Origin: Octopus bimaculoides
Taxonomy: Eukaryota
DNA length: 64,000 nt
NCBI RefSeq assembly: GCF_001194135.2
Contig: NC_068985.1
Coordinates: 40,013,793 to 40,077,792, forward strand
Direction: 5' to 3'
Below the pieces are notes generated by a model. It saw only the letters and a list, made by a program, of their open reading frames with translations, searched no databases and was not told the origin of the DNA. Positions 51,701 through 62,504 of this stretch are shown in pieces; the first letter of the stretch is position 1; each line of letters opens with the position of its first letter. Both the position numbers and the translations under genes were made by a program.

Positions 51701-54700
51701 ACTAGAACAAAATCAGCAATCACAATTGTGACTGCAATATACACTCTATATTTATATGTCATAGTTTTTCCTCCTTGAAGGAAAAAAACAAAAACAAGCA
51801 TGAAAAATCTCCAGCAATTTATCTACCAAACATTGTTCTGGGTTTGAAATCTGTAGTATGCACACATGTGCACATATATACACATTAGCAAATAACTGAG
51901 TATGTGAAGTGGGTTGATCATGTCACTATACAGCCAATTTGGATATTAGTATTGTAAATAAATATATGCCGATGACATCTCACAGAAAAACAACTTCCAC
52001 ATATATTAAACATGTGCGGTTCTTTATCGGCCAGCCATAATCTTAATACGCATTTGATGCTGTATATGTTCTCAGTCAATTAAGAATGGTGATTTAAAAA
52101 AAGCATTTGTTAATCTGCTCATTTCAGATATAGATCATAGAAATATGCTGTCATGTTGTCTATCCATGATTTGGGGACTTTACTGAAAGGCAACCTACAA
52201 TTTGTGAATGAGTCAAAAGGCTTTAGCCAAAATATTGTAAACATAAAGGGAGAGCAACTTATCTACTGCTGTGACTTACGTACAAATGTTATCACCATCA
52301 TCGTTTAATGTGCACTTTTACAGACTTGCATGAATTAGATAGAATTTGAGTCAAATTTTCCTATTACCAGCCCTCACCTGCTTCCAAGCAAGGTAATATT
52401 TCCTCATAGTCAGATATGTTTTTCAGAGAAGACTGAAAATAAACAACATCACTCATATGACAATGGCGTTCATATACAGCCATCATGTGATGTCAAAACA
52501 AAGGTACACACAAACATACAGATACACACACACACTCTCTCTATCTCACATGTGCACACTTTCAGCAGGCTTATTTCAGTTTCTGTCTACCAGATCAACT
52601 CACAAGGCTTTGGTCAGTCCAAGGCTATAGCAGAAGTCCCTTGTCTGAGATGTTACACAGTGGGACTGAACCAAAGTTCACATGGTTGGGGATTAAGTAT
52701 CTTCATTATTCAGTCACATCTGTGCCTATATAAAGGAGATGCACTGATATTATTATTGATATGCATTATGGATTTTTACAAGGATAGAAAAAACATTTAT
52801 AAAAGTGTCTGTTTTTTTTTCCAAGATCTAAGATTGTGTATATGATATCAAACACCATTTAGTGAATTTTAAATGTATAAAATGTTACCAGATATAATTT
52901 TGTGTGTTTGTACATTTATATACACAATACCCCCAACAACTTTATTGCAAGTCTTAATCACTCGTTACTGATTTAACTTATACCCCACCCAAAATATTGC
53001 CACACCTCACATTGAGAGAGACAGGTGTAGATGGTTACGTGACAAGGATATTAAACAACTGACATTGGATAATGTCCATGGCCAAAACATTTAACAATCA
53101 GATGACCCAGTGCACTTAGCTAAAAAGTAGGTGATGCAGGATAGGAATATTTTGTTGCTCTAACCAACAGTGGGGATGGGACTAAAACTGCTTGGGGTTT
53201 TGTCAACCTAAAGTACTGAATTCAATTCCTTCTGTGGGAAAAGTTCTGCCAATCTGACTTACTAAGGAGAGAAACCGGTATGTGGTTAAGCAGGCCACTT
53301 CACAACTATGAGGTTTGGGGTTCAACTACCTTTAGTGACATATGTATGGAGAGAATTAGCAGCTTTACTTGTTGTGGATGCAGTACAAGGAAATCTACAA
53401 GTAAATCTAAGCAGCTACTCATTGTTGAATGACAATAATATTTGCATCTAAAAGGATCAAGGCTACAAAATTTGGGAAAAGCATGTAGTTGATTCAACTA
53501 ATTGAAGCATTTGACTTGTAGTTACTTTATTGATCTTGAAGAATGAAAAGCAATGTTGATTGTGGTGATATTTGAACTCAGTATAGAAGAGAGGTAGTAA
53601 ATACCACCAGGCATTTTGTATAATGTTCTACTACTGTTCCTGCAAATTTACCACTTTAACAAGAAAACATCTACAGAGCCATTCAGCTGCAAATCTCAAC
53701 AAAGAGAAAACGAGCTAGTATGAAAGCCAAAGAAGATTGTAAAGCTTTGGACTAGAAATGGAATGTTTGTTTTTAGTTGCATGAGTTCAATCTAACCATG
53801 TAAGGAGAAAGAAAGAAAAAAAAAGGGAGAGAAAAAGAAAGAAAGAAGAGCTAACATCAACTGCAGACTGTGCAATAAGCACAAAGAAACAATTGGCCAT
53901 ATAATTTCTGGCTGCCTGGTTCTTGTAGAGACAATGAATTCACAGACAAGTAAGCAGCTATGTCCATCAGGCAATGTGCCAACAATTCAACATGAAAAGT
54001 AGTAGGGAAAACATTCATCGAATCTGATAATGTAGGACATTTCTGTCCAGTCTGATAAAAAGATGAAAATGAACTTTGCTTCCCTAAATCATTATCAGAC
54101 AGAAATGGGAAAATACGTACTCTGCAAAGCACCTCAATTCCACCTGGCATGGATAATGCACAAAATGGTGTGTGTGTGCATATGTGTGTATATCTATATA
54201 TATATATATAACGTGAGAGAGTTCTTTTCTTCCTTTTTTTTGGCACTTTTGCTATGAATTAAATTAATGAATTCAACGGGATACACCGTCTGCAAGTAGT
54301 TGGGTTCAGCATATTATCCTCTATTTTCTAATTGTTACACAAATTTTGGGTAAAACCTCCACTTTTACCCGCTCCCATTGACTGCACCTATNNNNNNNNN
54401 NNNNNNNNNNNNNNNNNNNNNNNNNNNNNNNNNNNNNNNNNNNNNNNNNNNNNNNNNNNNNNNNNNNNNNNNNATAAGAGTGAGCTGGAAAGTTCATAAG
54501 CTGATGATGAAAGAGTGATGCTAAAGCTGTGAAATTTTGCATGTATTCATTTCAACTCTTCTTATTAATAACTGTACTGTTTCATTTCAGGTAAACTGAC
54601 ATCTGACTGTTCAAAGAAGATTTCAAAAGTAACCAGTAGGGACTTCTCTTGAAAATGGGAAAAAATTTGGCATTGTGGTGTTACCAAGCACCCACAGAAA

Positions 54701-55360
54701 AACAGTTTAACCCCCAAGGACATTCATGCTGACATGCTTGCTACATTAGGGGATGACATTCCAGCTTTATCAACAGTGCAAAAATGGGCAGTTGAATTTA
54801 GGAGGGGAAGAGAGAGGCTTAAAGATGACCCAAAGTCTGAATGTCCTGCATCTGCCACCACCAAGGAAAACATTGATTGTGTTCACCATATAGTGATGGA
54901 TGACAGGTAGTTGACTATAAATCAGATAGCCAATGCTATAAACATATGCCGTGAGCAAGTTGAGAATATTCTGCACAATGAACTTGGCATGATGAAGGTT
55001 TCTGCTTGGTGGGTGCTATGTCTTCTGACACCTGACCAAAAGCATACCAGGCAGATCATATCACAAGAAAATCTAACACTGTTTGAGGCAGATCCAGCTG
55101 GTTTCTTTGAATATTTCTTAACTCAGGATGAGTGTTGGCTCCATCAGTTTGATCTAGAGGCAAATAGACTGTGGTTTTGAACTGGTTGATTACCCACCTT
55201 ATTCTCCCGATTTGGCCCCAACTGACTATCTTCTGTTCCCCCAACATGAAAAAACACATGGCTGGGAAACAGTATCACAGTGATGAGGACATCATATCTG
55301 CTATTGAGGATTTCTTTGACTAACAGGATGAAAGCGTCTTCATCAAACACTGTGTGTGTA

Positions 55361-55415
<55 letters not shown>

Positions 55416-58400
55416 CTGAACAATCATCTATCATATTTTACTCAATATGGATTTGTTTGAGTAAAATCTGGCAGATTTTACTCAAACACTTCCATCTAAG
55501 CTGATACTATGTAAACTTTCATAAGGAATAAATGAAACACTAAAATAATTAATGAAACAACAAACCCACAAAACATTAATTTTGATTTAATACAGAAACA
55601 TCTCTCAATTTCCTCTGAAGCACAATGTTGAACTCATCCTTTGGACACAGAATCCGGTGGTGTAATGAAAACTTACATGAAACACTTGAAAACACATAAT
55701 AAAACTATTGTTATCTAGTTTCATATCATTTAAACATAGAGCATTATTTAGGATAATGCTGAAATTCACATTATAATCTTCAATATACCCATCATAAGCT
55801 ATTGTTTAGTTGCTACATACAATAATTTTTGATTTAGGCACAAGCCAGTATTTCTGAAGGGCAGGAGTTAATCAATACCATTGACCCCAGCATTTGACTG
55901 GTACTTAATTTTATTGATCTTAGAGAGATGAAAAGCAAATTTGACCTTGGTGGGATTTATGTAAAGAATGTAGAGCTGCAAAAAAAAATATCACAAAGTA
56001 TTTTGTCTGATGCTCTACTGATGCTGCCATTCCACCAGCCCGATGGTTGCATATAACATTTGATGATGTGTGGTCTAGTGGTTAGAATGTTGGGCTCAAG
56101 ATCATTAGGCTATGGGTTCAATTCCCTAGAATGAAAGACATATTGTGTCTTTGAGTAAGATACTTCATTTGCCATTTCTCTAGATGAAAATCAGCACCAG
56201 CCTTGTGTTGATGCAACCATCTGCCCCCACCATCCCCAGCTGTCATACCCTTAATGTTCTGCTGGATCAATAGATGAGAGGGCTACATGGGTATCTATGT
56301 CTGCATGCAACTACATAAGCACCTAAAACAAATAGCTTGGCATATACTAGCAAGTCATACTTGCTTGCAAATAAGAGCTTTGGTATCATACAACATATTA
56401 CATATAATATATATAATATAAATATATAATAGTGGTACATTTTCTAAGTAAATCTACAAATGAAATTGTTAAAATGTACAGGAAAAATGTGTTAATTAGG
56501 TTGTTTATGGGTAAAATAAATGAGGTGCTATGAATGAATGTTAATTCGCATTATTTGAAAGATAATCACAAAGCTAATTATATGTAATAACAGCTAATGA
56601 TTCAGCTCACAAAATGGACAATGGATGTTAAAGATGATGATGATGTATGTTTTTAGTCAGATGATGGATATCCACCTGGAAAGTTTTCATCCAAGGTGCA
56701 GGTTTTATTTTTGTAATGAAAGATCAGCAGTTGCCTGTGCATGCAAATCTTCCCTCCCAAGGCTAATGATGATGCCCAAAGGAAAGGCAAAGACCATATA
56801 ACTTGGCACCACAACTGTCATTGCAGGTACTGCTGCCAGAATGCAAAGAGTCACAAAAGATACATAAATACACACACACATGAATTTAATGAGTTACTTT
56901 CTAAATAACAGTTCCATAATTCTCTTTTCGGGAGACAGAAGGGTGAATGAAAGAATGAGAAGGATAGACAGTCATACAAGGATAGACTGAAGTTGCAATC
57001 ATACAAAGGTTGTATATGCAATTTGTAAAAAATTACATATGTATTACAATGAAGACATTATTATTATTATTATTATTATTATTCAAGTCACTGCCTAGAA
57101 TTGAACTTGGAATCTTGGGGTTAGTAGCCTGCACTCTTAACCACTACGCCATATGCCTGTGGGCAAATATATTCTAAAATCCACTTATAAGCCATACTAA
57201 CCAAAGATTCATTAAAAGTTAATTATAAATGCACTTAAATTGGTTTAAAATCAACATTTCTGATTGTCTGAATTTGCTTTGTTTAGTTAAGATACTGTAA
57301 GCATTTAATGCAGTGAGCATCAAAAGAGCTAACTAGAAAAAATATGTAGTAAAAAAAGACAATATTTATGAATAACTAATATTATTTTAATCATTTTGCA
57401 TAGTCCAGGGACAACTCTGGACATGTTTTGACCTTATTATGACTTCATCAGCAAAGCATAGACTTTAATGTACATGGTGAAGAAGTAATGAGAGAAATCA
57501 CTAAGTAAATATTAAGGAATGTACACTGGTTGGCATTGAAAAACAGAAATGGTCAGATTATGTATTATTCTACATAACAAAATTAAGATACAAATGATAT
57601 ATTTAATGCAAGGAATATCCAAAAGTTAATTGGTAATTCAATGTTACGCAAATAATATATAACTTTTAAAATTTGTGTGTTCACTGAAATATATTTATAA
57701 TAAAACAGAAAAAAAAACCCCATTTACTTTTTATATTGAAACCTTTGATGAATAATATATATTTGTTTCAGAATGCTTATTTTCATAGTAGCATATATCT
57801 GCATTATAGATAGATAAGAAGCACCCTTGACTTGTAAACTGACACCTAATTATTACAAGTAGATAGAACCAGGTCAGCTCTGATCAAGGACCCCAACCCA
57901 CATCCCTTCTTTTCCTAGGCACAGTGTACCTAAGACTATATTAGTTAATGCAATCTTCTATTCTACGATAGTAGAGTGTAATTGGAGGGAAATTTGGCTA
58001 CTATTTCAAGTAAGTCAAAAGACTGCATAGTAGCTTCCACAACTTATGAAAACTTTTGTGACATGATAGGTAACTTTAACCCATAGACAGATAAAGAGTT
58101 ACACCATTATCTATAAAGAGATTTTTGTGTAGCCAATTACAAGATTAAGAAACTCAAGTATTTGACATATTAAAGACATTGCTCATTGCATTGATAAGAT
58201 ATTTGTTCATGCAAAAGCTTGTAGTTAGCCAAACTAAATTTAGTGCAGTAAGGCAAGTGGGTGGTGGTGCTAAAACAACAAATGCATCCATTTTTCAAAA
58301 AACATTATCAAGGAAATAATTAAATTATACGGTTACTTGAACCTGATCAATGAAGTAAACAAATCTCACTTAACATAATCTCTACTAGTCTTTAAAATGG

Positions 58401-59360
58401 AAATTTCTACTTGTCTTATGCCATAAAGTTAAGAACATGATATTTTTAAATCATTGACTTTCAATGTTTTGTGGTTTGGTGCCCACTTTCACCAAATGGT
58501 GTTTTACAAATGCTCTTTTGCAAACTCCTGAGGTATTAAGAAAAAAAAAAAAAAGGAAAAAAATCTCTGAAAAATGCAATCGATTATTTTAATCAAACTA
58601 GCTAATTTTGCACAGTGGTTTATTATCCATTTTTCTTCTCCAGTCACATCTTTGCATGTGCCTCTTTTTAGATGTTTGCATTAACAAGTGCCACTAAGTT
58701 AAATTTTAAAGGAAATTACTAAAAAAGATGGAAACTTATATATAATGAAATTACATTGAACTTTGGCGTATCATCAGTTATATTTCTGCTCACTGATAAC
58801 AGAATGTCCTATTCATATTCTTGATTTAAAAAAAAAAAAATTTTAATCTGTTTAAAACACAAATATTGAACCTGGTTTAAATATTTTATTTCTAAGAAAA
58901 ATCACAACCACCTTTTAACAACCAGCACCTTCCATAGACATCCTATTGACATTCATTGGCCTTTTGTGAACTTAAGACACCCCCAAGGGGTAACTATTCC
59001 CTGATCCATCAGATGTTTTAAGGGTTAATAACTAGCCTGGCTAGTCATATCATTGGTAACATGATATGATGGTAACTATTTCTAAGTTGGAGGGAAATCC
59101 CGATATTTTATTCATTCTGTCTTTTTACCTCTACACTGTTGTGTATGTACACACACATACGCAGACAGCTTTTAACTGCCCCATGTTGTAGCACACATTG
59201 CTCATTTCATGCTTGCCACGTGTGGTTTCTTTAGAATACTAAATGAAAAAACATTACTTGCTCCTAAATGAAACTTCTATTTCTTGGAGGAAAGGAACAG
59301 TATGAATAACTCTACCTCATCTCAATCGCAACACGCTCACAGTAGCATGTAGACAATTGT

Positions 59361-59394
<34 letters not shown>

Positions 59395-59399
59395 GGGAG

Positions 59400-59462
<63 letters not shown>

Positions 59463-59467
59463 GGGAG

Positions 59468-59540
<73 letters not shown>

Positions 59541-61548
59541 TCAACCCAAATACTTGTTCAGTAATGCATTTAGTAACCTCAGAAGGGTGATTTCAGTGAG
59601 ATATAAACTCAGAATGCAGAGATGGAAAATTTACTCTAAGACATTAGTAAGAAGCCCTAATGATTTAACTAATCAACTGTATATAGAGGGAGAAAACTGA
59701 ACAGAAAACAGGGCAGCATTAATGTTTTGGTTCCTGTGTTTTAAGGTCAAAGAGAATTAGATAAAATTGTAGAGATTGTTCACTAAAGGATGTAGTTGTT
59801 AGATAATTTGTGATTAAATAGAGACAAAAGAACATAAATTAAAGTTCAAGAAATAATATTTGACATTTAATTGAAATACATCTATCCAATAAGTTACATG
59901 GTATTATTGTAACTGTACATGGTTGTTTGATTAAGAAGTTCACTGCACAACAATGTAGTTCCAGGTTTGGTCTGACAGCATGGCACCTCGGGCAAGTGTT
60001 TTGTACAGTAGCATTGGGTTCCAAATTCTACTTAAAATACATTGTGAGTAGAATTTGATAGACAGAAACTGTATAAAAGCCTGGTGTATGAGTAATGAAT
60101 CATCCTTACTAGGGATCACTATTTGATACAAGAAAAAAAATACAATAGCTACTAAGTAGAGAAAAATACAACTGCTCCAACAAGAAAGATTCATAAGTCA
60201 ATGAGAAAATGACAGGGTCCTAACAAATAAGTAAAAGAATCTCTACATGTTCACTTAAACTTGCAAGAAATAGCAGCCAAATCTTGCTTAAATCACATCT
60301 TTTCATTACTACTGACTCTTCTAATATTACCACCACCAGTAAAAACACAAAAAGACATGAGCAAACAAGGATGCTTCTACTTAGTTACTCAATCTGCATG
60401 AAACAACAACTGCATCACCCTGAAATTACACCCCAGCTATTTAAAATGAAGGAACATATTGGATAATGAAGTCATATATGCACTATGTTTAGAAAAAAAT
60501 TAATGTGGTCACAACTAGAATACCTTTGAAGGTATTGCTTGATAGGAGATAAAACAAGAGGCTTCAAAAATAAATTGATACAGATGACATGTAAGACCCC
60601 ACTGTCTAACTTTATGATGTATGCACAGCCACATTTAACATATTAACTCTTTGTCTCTCACCATCTATCCTGCAACAGAAGCCAACTGTTTCTGAATTAT
60701 TTACTTCTTACATTTTAAAACTAACTTGATAATGAAGACCCAACATCCATCAGATTTTCTCATGATAACTAAACATCTTCCCTCCTATTTAGTATCTTTA
60801 GGCAGCGCTAGACTACCACTGTAAAGACCTCATAACAGAAGCAATGTGGTGTACCCATCAAAAGCCATGTAAAAAAGGGGAACAAATGAACCTAGAGTAA
60901 CCTAAGGTCAGTGGTATGATAAAATGTAATCAGTTCACTGTAAAGTAGTTGATGACAGGATGGGCTTGCATCTGCAAAATCCATACACACACAAAAAAAA
61001 AGGAAGGAATGAACAGAAACAATGCAAGAGAGAGGACTTTTTAGTTTTGTTGCAGAAAACCTCTCTAGTGCCAATGACACAATAAAATACAATCAATTCA
61101 TATTGTGAATTGGTTGGTGTGCAATAGGGTGGACATCCAACAGTAAAAACCTTGTCCTCAAAAGGAAACTATGAGCTCCATGGGCCCCATGAACAAAGGA
61201 GAGTACTCTATAGTGCTGGTGACATGATAAAATGCACTCAGATTATACTATATGGTGGTTGGTAATAGGAGAGGCATCTAGCTACATAAAATACGACAAA
61301 CAGCAAAGATAGCTGGGTTTTCACTGTTGTTGTATGTGCCTGGTGAAGAAGGATGCAAAGAGTTAGGAGAAACTGTGGAGACCTGTCTATCCAACTCATT
61401 CCAACCTGGAAAAACAAATATAAAATGATGATGGTATATATACTTACCAATCTCTTTTTTCTGTATTCTTCATCTTCTTCTTTCCGTCTCCTCTCTTTCT
61501 CGGCTGTTGTTGGACTCGGCTTGATGTCCGATGTTTGATGTTTATAAG
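11617..61548 (-). CDS. SORBS1: SORBS/CAP/vinexin-family triple-SH3 adaptor, 5'-partial; join(61548-61448, 51019-50934, 35322-35182, 24414-24300, 20082-19972, 19192-19030, 17405-17042, 15513-15347, 11618-11617)
   Basis: The hand-spliced exons all have GT-AG boundaries and matching phases (1,0,2,2,0,0,1,2,1). They give 1250 nt and one open frame: AYKHQ...RKKRL|EQLYDEE...DVFT|PSQKSP...[14 protein letters not shown]|ELSFRKGD...YVE|VLTS...LSLKK|GDMITLL...PMT|ATPEM...LALKT|YRAIYAY...GNYIQPV*. Three C-terminal SH3 domains with a linker between SH3-2 and SH3-3 is the SORBS architecture. An invertebrate gene would be co-orthologous to SORBS1/2/3 (Drosophila CAP), so the symbol is approximate. Confidence 0.92.
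14444..14768 (+). mobile_element. tRNA-derived SINE family D (degenerate)
   Basis: Head tgtgggttagtggttagg...gagttcgat, central ttgtgtccttgagcaagacacttt...cagtccactcagctgg. The 3' half is shared with the 20218-20610 element. Confidence 0.8.
15347..15513 (-). CDS. SORBS1: SORBS/CAP exon: SH3-3 [55 protein letters not shown]
   Basis: Acceptor ttttgtttttAG at 15514-15515 and a typical SORBS third SH3 (NEDELEL, EKCDDGW, GTFPGNY). A perfect donor T|GTAAGT lies at 15346. If it is not used, the frame runs on to CKY* at 15336. Confidence 0.95.
17042..17405 (-). CDS. SORBS1: SORBS/CAP exon: Pro/Ser/Thr-rich linker TPEMLSP...EDDLALK(T)
   Basis: Acceptor ttgtttcatcattttAG and donor AC|GTAAGT. 364 nt, phase 1 to 2. 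Matches ORF 17038-17394 and bridges the flanking phases exactly. Confidence 0.9.
17650..17985 (+). mobile_element. SINE family B (CORE-like), near full length
   Basis: tRNA-like head (ggttctgggttcagtccc), CORE-like ggcacttagggtaaatatcttctact, internal (TG)n, and tail gactgaaacaagta. Confidence 0.9.
19030..19192 (-). CDS. SORBS1: SORBS/CAP exon: [56 protein letters not shown]3-2 core
   Basis: Acceptor tttttcctctccttctAG and donor G|GTAGCT. 163 nt, phase 0 to 1. Confidence 0.95.
19972..20082 (-). CDS. SORBS1: SORBS/CAP exon: [37 protein letters not shown], start of SH3-2
   Basis: Acceptor ttgtttattcattacAG and donor AAG|GTAATT. 111 nt, phase 0 to 0. Confidence 0.95.
20218..20610 (-). mobile_element. 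Young tRNA-derived SINE (family D variant) with 10-bp TSD
   Basis: Head ggaggtgcaatggcccagtggttaag...gtttcaattccc. TSD tagttatagt at 20208-20217 and 20611-20620. Internal 26-bp tandem duplication at 20426-20477. Confidence 0.9.
22187..22415 (+). mobile_element. Young SINE-A (A1 tail) with long TSD
   Basis: CpG-rich, little-decayed copy. Direct repeat agaaacagtacaaggaagg at 22168-22186 and 22416-22434. Confidence 0.93.
23820..23940 (+). repeat. Compound (CA)n microsatellite. Other large microsatellites: (TA)n 25637-25786, (CA)n 31875-31910, (GA)(GT) 37593-37645, 39695-39752 and 55350-55411, (TG)n 47275-47315, (GA)n 63285-63388
   Basis: Seen directly in the sequence. Confidence 0.95.
24300..24414 (-). 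CDS. SORBS1: SORBS/CAP exon: [40 protein letters not shown]3-1 core
   Basis: Acceptor tctcatttctttacAG and donor GAG|GTTGGT. 115 nt, phase 2 to 0. Contains the ELSF/W/GIFP.SY SH3 motifs. Confidence 0.95.
26110..27120 (+). pseudogene. Decayed CR1/L2-like LINE ORF2, APE endonuclease and linker region
   Basis: [10 protein letters not shown] (26478) and PTRSNNIL (26604) are in the same frame. A SDHN-like motif lies near 26670 and NFNKAD near 26740. Otherwise heavily disrupted. Confidence 0.7.
28200..31540 (+). repeat. Head-to-tail cluster of about 10 degenerate SINE-A copies
   Basis: The motifs ttctgagttcaaat, gtcgataaaataagtacc and ggccttgtg recur roughly every 200-350 bp, all on +, separated by (ATT)-rich spacers. 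Confidence 0.7.
33600..34370 (+). pseudogene. Merlin (IS1595/IS1016-like) DDE transposase pseudogene
   Basis: One frame with nonsense codons but no frameshift: SVRKDT*FEG...[22 protein letters not shown]...QWVLGG...[15 protein letters not shown]...[26 protein letters not shown]...[11 protein letters not shown]. These are diagnostic Merlin motifs (EIDE, SDxW, TVNH, ES.W, YL.EF.WR). Confidence 0.9.
35182..35322 (-). CDS. SORBS1: SORBS/CAP exon: [46 protein letters not shown](K), start of SH3-1
   Basis: Acceptor ttgtttattttcctacAG and donor AA|GTAAAC. 141 nt, phase 2 to 2. Contains the ARALYSF SH3 N-terminal motif. Confidence 0.92.
35991..36437 (+). mobile_element. Two tandem SINE-A copies (35991-36204, 36223-36437)
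   Basis: Each has the full head, central block and ggccttgt/gaccttgt tail. Confidence 0.9.
36443..36840 (-). mobile_element. SINE family B, full length. Other copies at 37672-38027 (-), 43760-44160 (-), 47706-47925 (-, 3' half), 41848-41948 (+, 3' end); degenerate copies at 12410-12550, 13925-14070, 32975-33230, 38745-39010, 39140-39300, 52490-52730, 59925-60095
   Basis: Minus strand reads taggagtggctgtaagg...ggttccgggttcagtcccactgtgtggcaccttgtgcaagtgtcttctactatagcc..., then an internal microsatellite and the tail gactgaaataagtaaaagag. Copies are highly similar to each other. Confidence 0.93.
40399..41705 (-). mobile_element. 5'-truncated RTE-clade LINE: ORF2 C-terminus, 3'UTR and (GAT)n tail
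   Basis: Broken frames encode [42 protein letters not shown] and ERRLYWYG...[17 protein letters not shown]. The 3'UTR ends ttaaatgatggtgatgatg. Confidence 0.9.
40742..40896 (+). repeat. 42-bp minisatellite (~3.7 copies) inside the RTE 3'UTR
   Basis: Unit ttgcctccgtgaggcccaacactcaaaaggaacccagccact, with variants. Confidence 0.9.
45340..45551. mobile_element. piggyBac-type MITE with TTAA TSD; a degenerate fragment lies at ~47545-47700
   Basis: TTAA|CCCTTTTGTTTCCA ... TGGAATCAAAAGGG|TTAA, 212 bp. Confidence 0.85.
45749..46323. mobile_element. Fold-back MITE with 37-bp TIRs, 8-bp TSD and central inverted telomeric repeats (Merlin-like)
   Basis: TIRs at 45749-45785 and 46287-46323 are 36/37 identical and start GGATC. 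TSD agtatttc at 45741-45748 and 46324-46331. Internal inverted 21-mer at 45909-45929 and 46139-46159. (CCCTAA)/(TTAGGG) junction at 45988-46033. Confidence 0.9.
49539..49755. mobile_element. mariner-type MITE
   Basis: tatgagggg...ctgaaaagctttctgacttt and aaagccaggaacttttcagcacccactcata are imperfect TIRs in TA context. They resemble the TIR at 54475. Confidence 0.75.
50212..50445 (-). mobile_element. Young SINE-A (A1 tail) with 17-bp TSD
   Basis: TSD gtttaagtaaatatatt at 50195-50211 and 50446-50462. Same tail (gtgggcaataaagaaata) as the 22187 copy. Confidence 0.93.
50934..51019 (-). CDS. SORBS1: SORBS/CAP exon: [28 protein letters not shown](T)
   Basis: Acceptor tatttccccttatcAG and donor AC|GTAAGT. 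86 nt, phase 0 to 2. Absent from the ORF track because it is too short. Confidence 0.9.
53838..54160 (+). pseudogene. Fragment of a restriction-like-endonuclease LINE (R4/Dong- or NeSL-like), CCHC knuckle region
   Basis: [22 protein letters not shown] fits the CRxC...ETxxHIxSGC knuckle. A downstream (W)[11 protein letters not shown] resembles the WDxxIxTD motif preceding the RPD of RLE domains. Confidence 0.65.
54475..55345 (+). pseudogene. mariner transposase pseudogene with an internal deletion
   Basis: 5' TIR-like gagctggaaagttcataagctga. Frames encode [31 protein letters not shown] (WVPxxL), LTQDECW (first catalytic D) and [13 protein letters not shown] (third D). The HDNA region is deleted and the 3' end is replaced by microsatellite. 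Confidence 0.92.
57057..57165 (-). mobile_element. tRNA-like SINE head with (AAT)n tail; not a functional tRNA
   Basis: ggcatatggcgtagtggttaagagtgcaggctactaaccccaagattccaagttcaattctaggcagtgac has A/B-box-like motifs. The acceptor and anticodon stems pair poorly and an (AAT)n tail follows directly. Confidence 0.7.
59360..59538 (+). repeat. ~180-bp pure-purine compound (GA)n/(GGGA)n tract
   Basis: Only G and A across the interval. Confidence 0.97.
61448..61548 (-). CDS. SORBS1: SORBS/CAP exon (first in window): [33 protein letters not shown]
   Basis: Acceptor tttcctcttgtacaatttctacAG and donor TTG|GTAAGT. 101 nt, phase 1 to 0, in frame with the next exon. Confidence 0.85.
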
Positions 61549-61607
61549 CTGTAGAAATTGTACAAGAGGAAATATTTTTCAAACGAACATTAATATCATT
61601 AACAAAT

Positions 61608-61646
<39 letters not shown>

Positions 61647-61760
61647 AACATATATATATACACATATAAACACACTAAAACATCTATACCATACATATGT
61701 TTTAGCACATATTATTCTCCCCCCACTCTCTGTATGTATGTATGCATGCATGTGTGTGTG

Positions 61761-61792
<32 letters not shown>

Positions 61793-62332
61793 AACACACA
61801 CAAGATATATAATGTCAGTTATAAATTAACCAGACAAATCTTGTGTCTCATTCCAAGGATGGAACATTGTGAGTGAAAGGTATAAATTCCTTTGACCAAA
61901 AGAAAGAGTATGTATTGTTGAGTGAAGCAGAATGGATCAACTAGTAAAATGCATTGCAAAAACAGCTCTCTGGGAGCTTCTCACCACATCCAAGTACAGC
62001 TATGAATGAATAAAGTGGGCTTCATAAGTTATAATTTTGACTTTACCCTGATATTTTTCTTTGCCTGGAAAGTTAATCTGTTCTTTCTTTTGACTGAAGT
62101 GAAGGGAGATTATATACTAGTATGTGTGTGCTAATAAATATTATAGATATTAAGAGGGAATGAAGAAAAAAGATTTGCTTAAACATATTATCTCAACACA
62201 ATAGTACCACACTTACATATTGCAGAATATTATGAACCTCCATCTCAAGAGAGACATATCAACAAGCATATTATTATTATCATTATTACTATAATATATT
62301 TAATCTAAATTAAAACAATTTACATAAAGTAA

Positions 62333-62504
62333 CAAACTTAATGTTTGGGAATAATTGATTAAATTGATCCAGTATATTATAACTGGAACTTTTGTTATCT
62401 TAATAAGGATGAAAGGCAAACTTAATGTTTGGGAATAATTGATTAAATTGATCCAGTATATTATAACTGGTACTTTTGTTATCTTAATAAGGATGAAAGG
62501 CAAA
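62333..62504 (+). repeat. 84-bp tandem duplication (2 copies, 1 mismatch)
   Basis: caaacttaatgtttggg...ggatgaaagg at 62333-62416 and 62417-62500. Confidence 0.95.

Noticed and set aside
57084-57165. Apparent tRNA gene with an ACT anticodon
   Set aside because: The stems pair poorly and an (AAT)n tail follows, so it is better explained as a SINE head.
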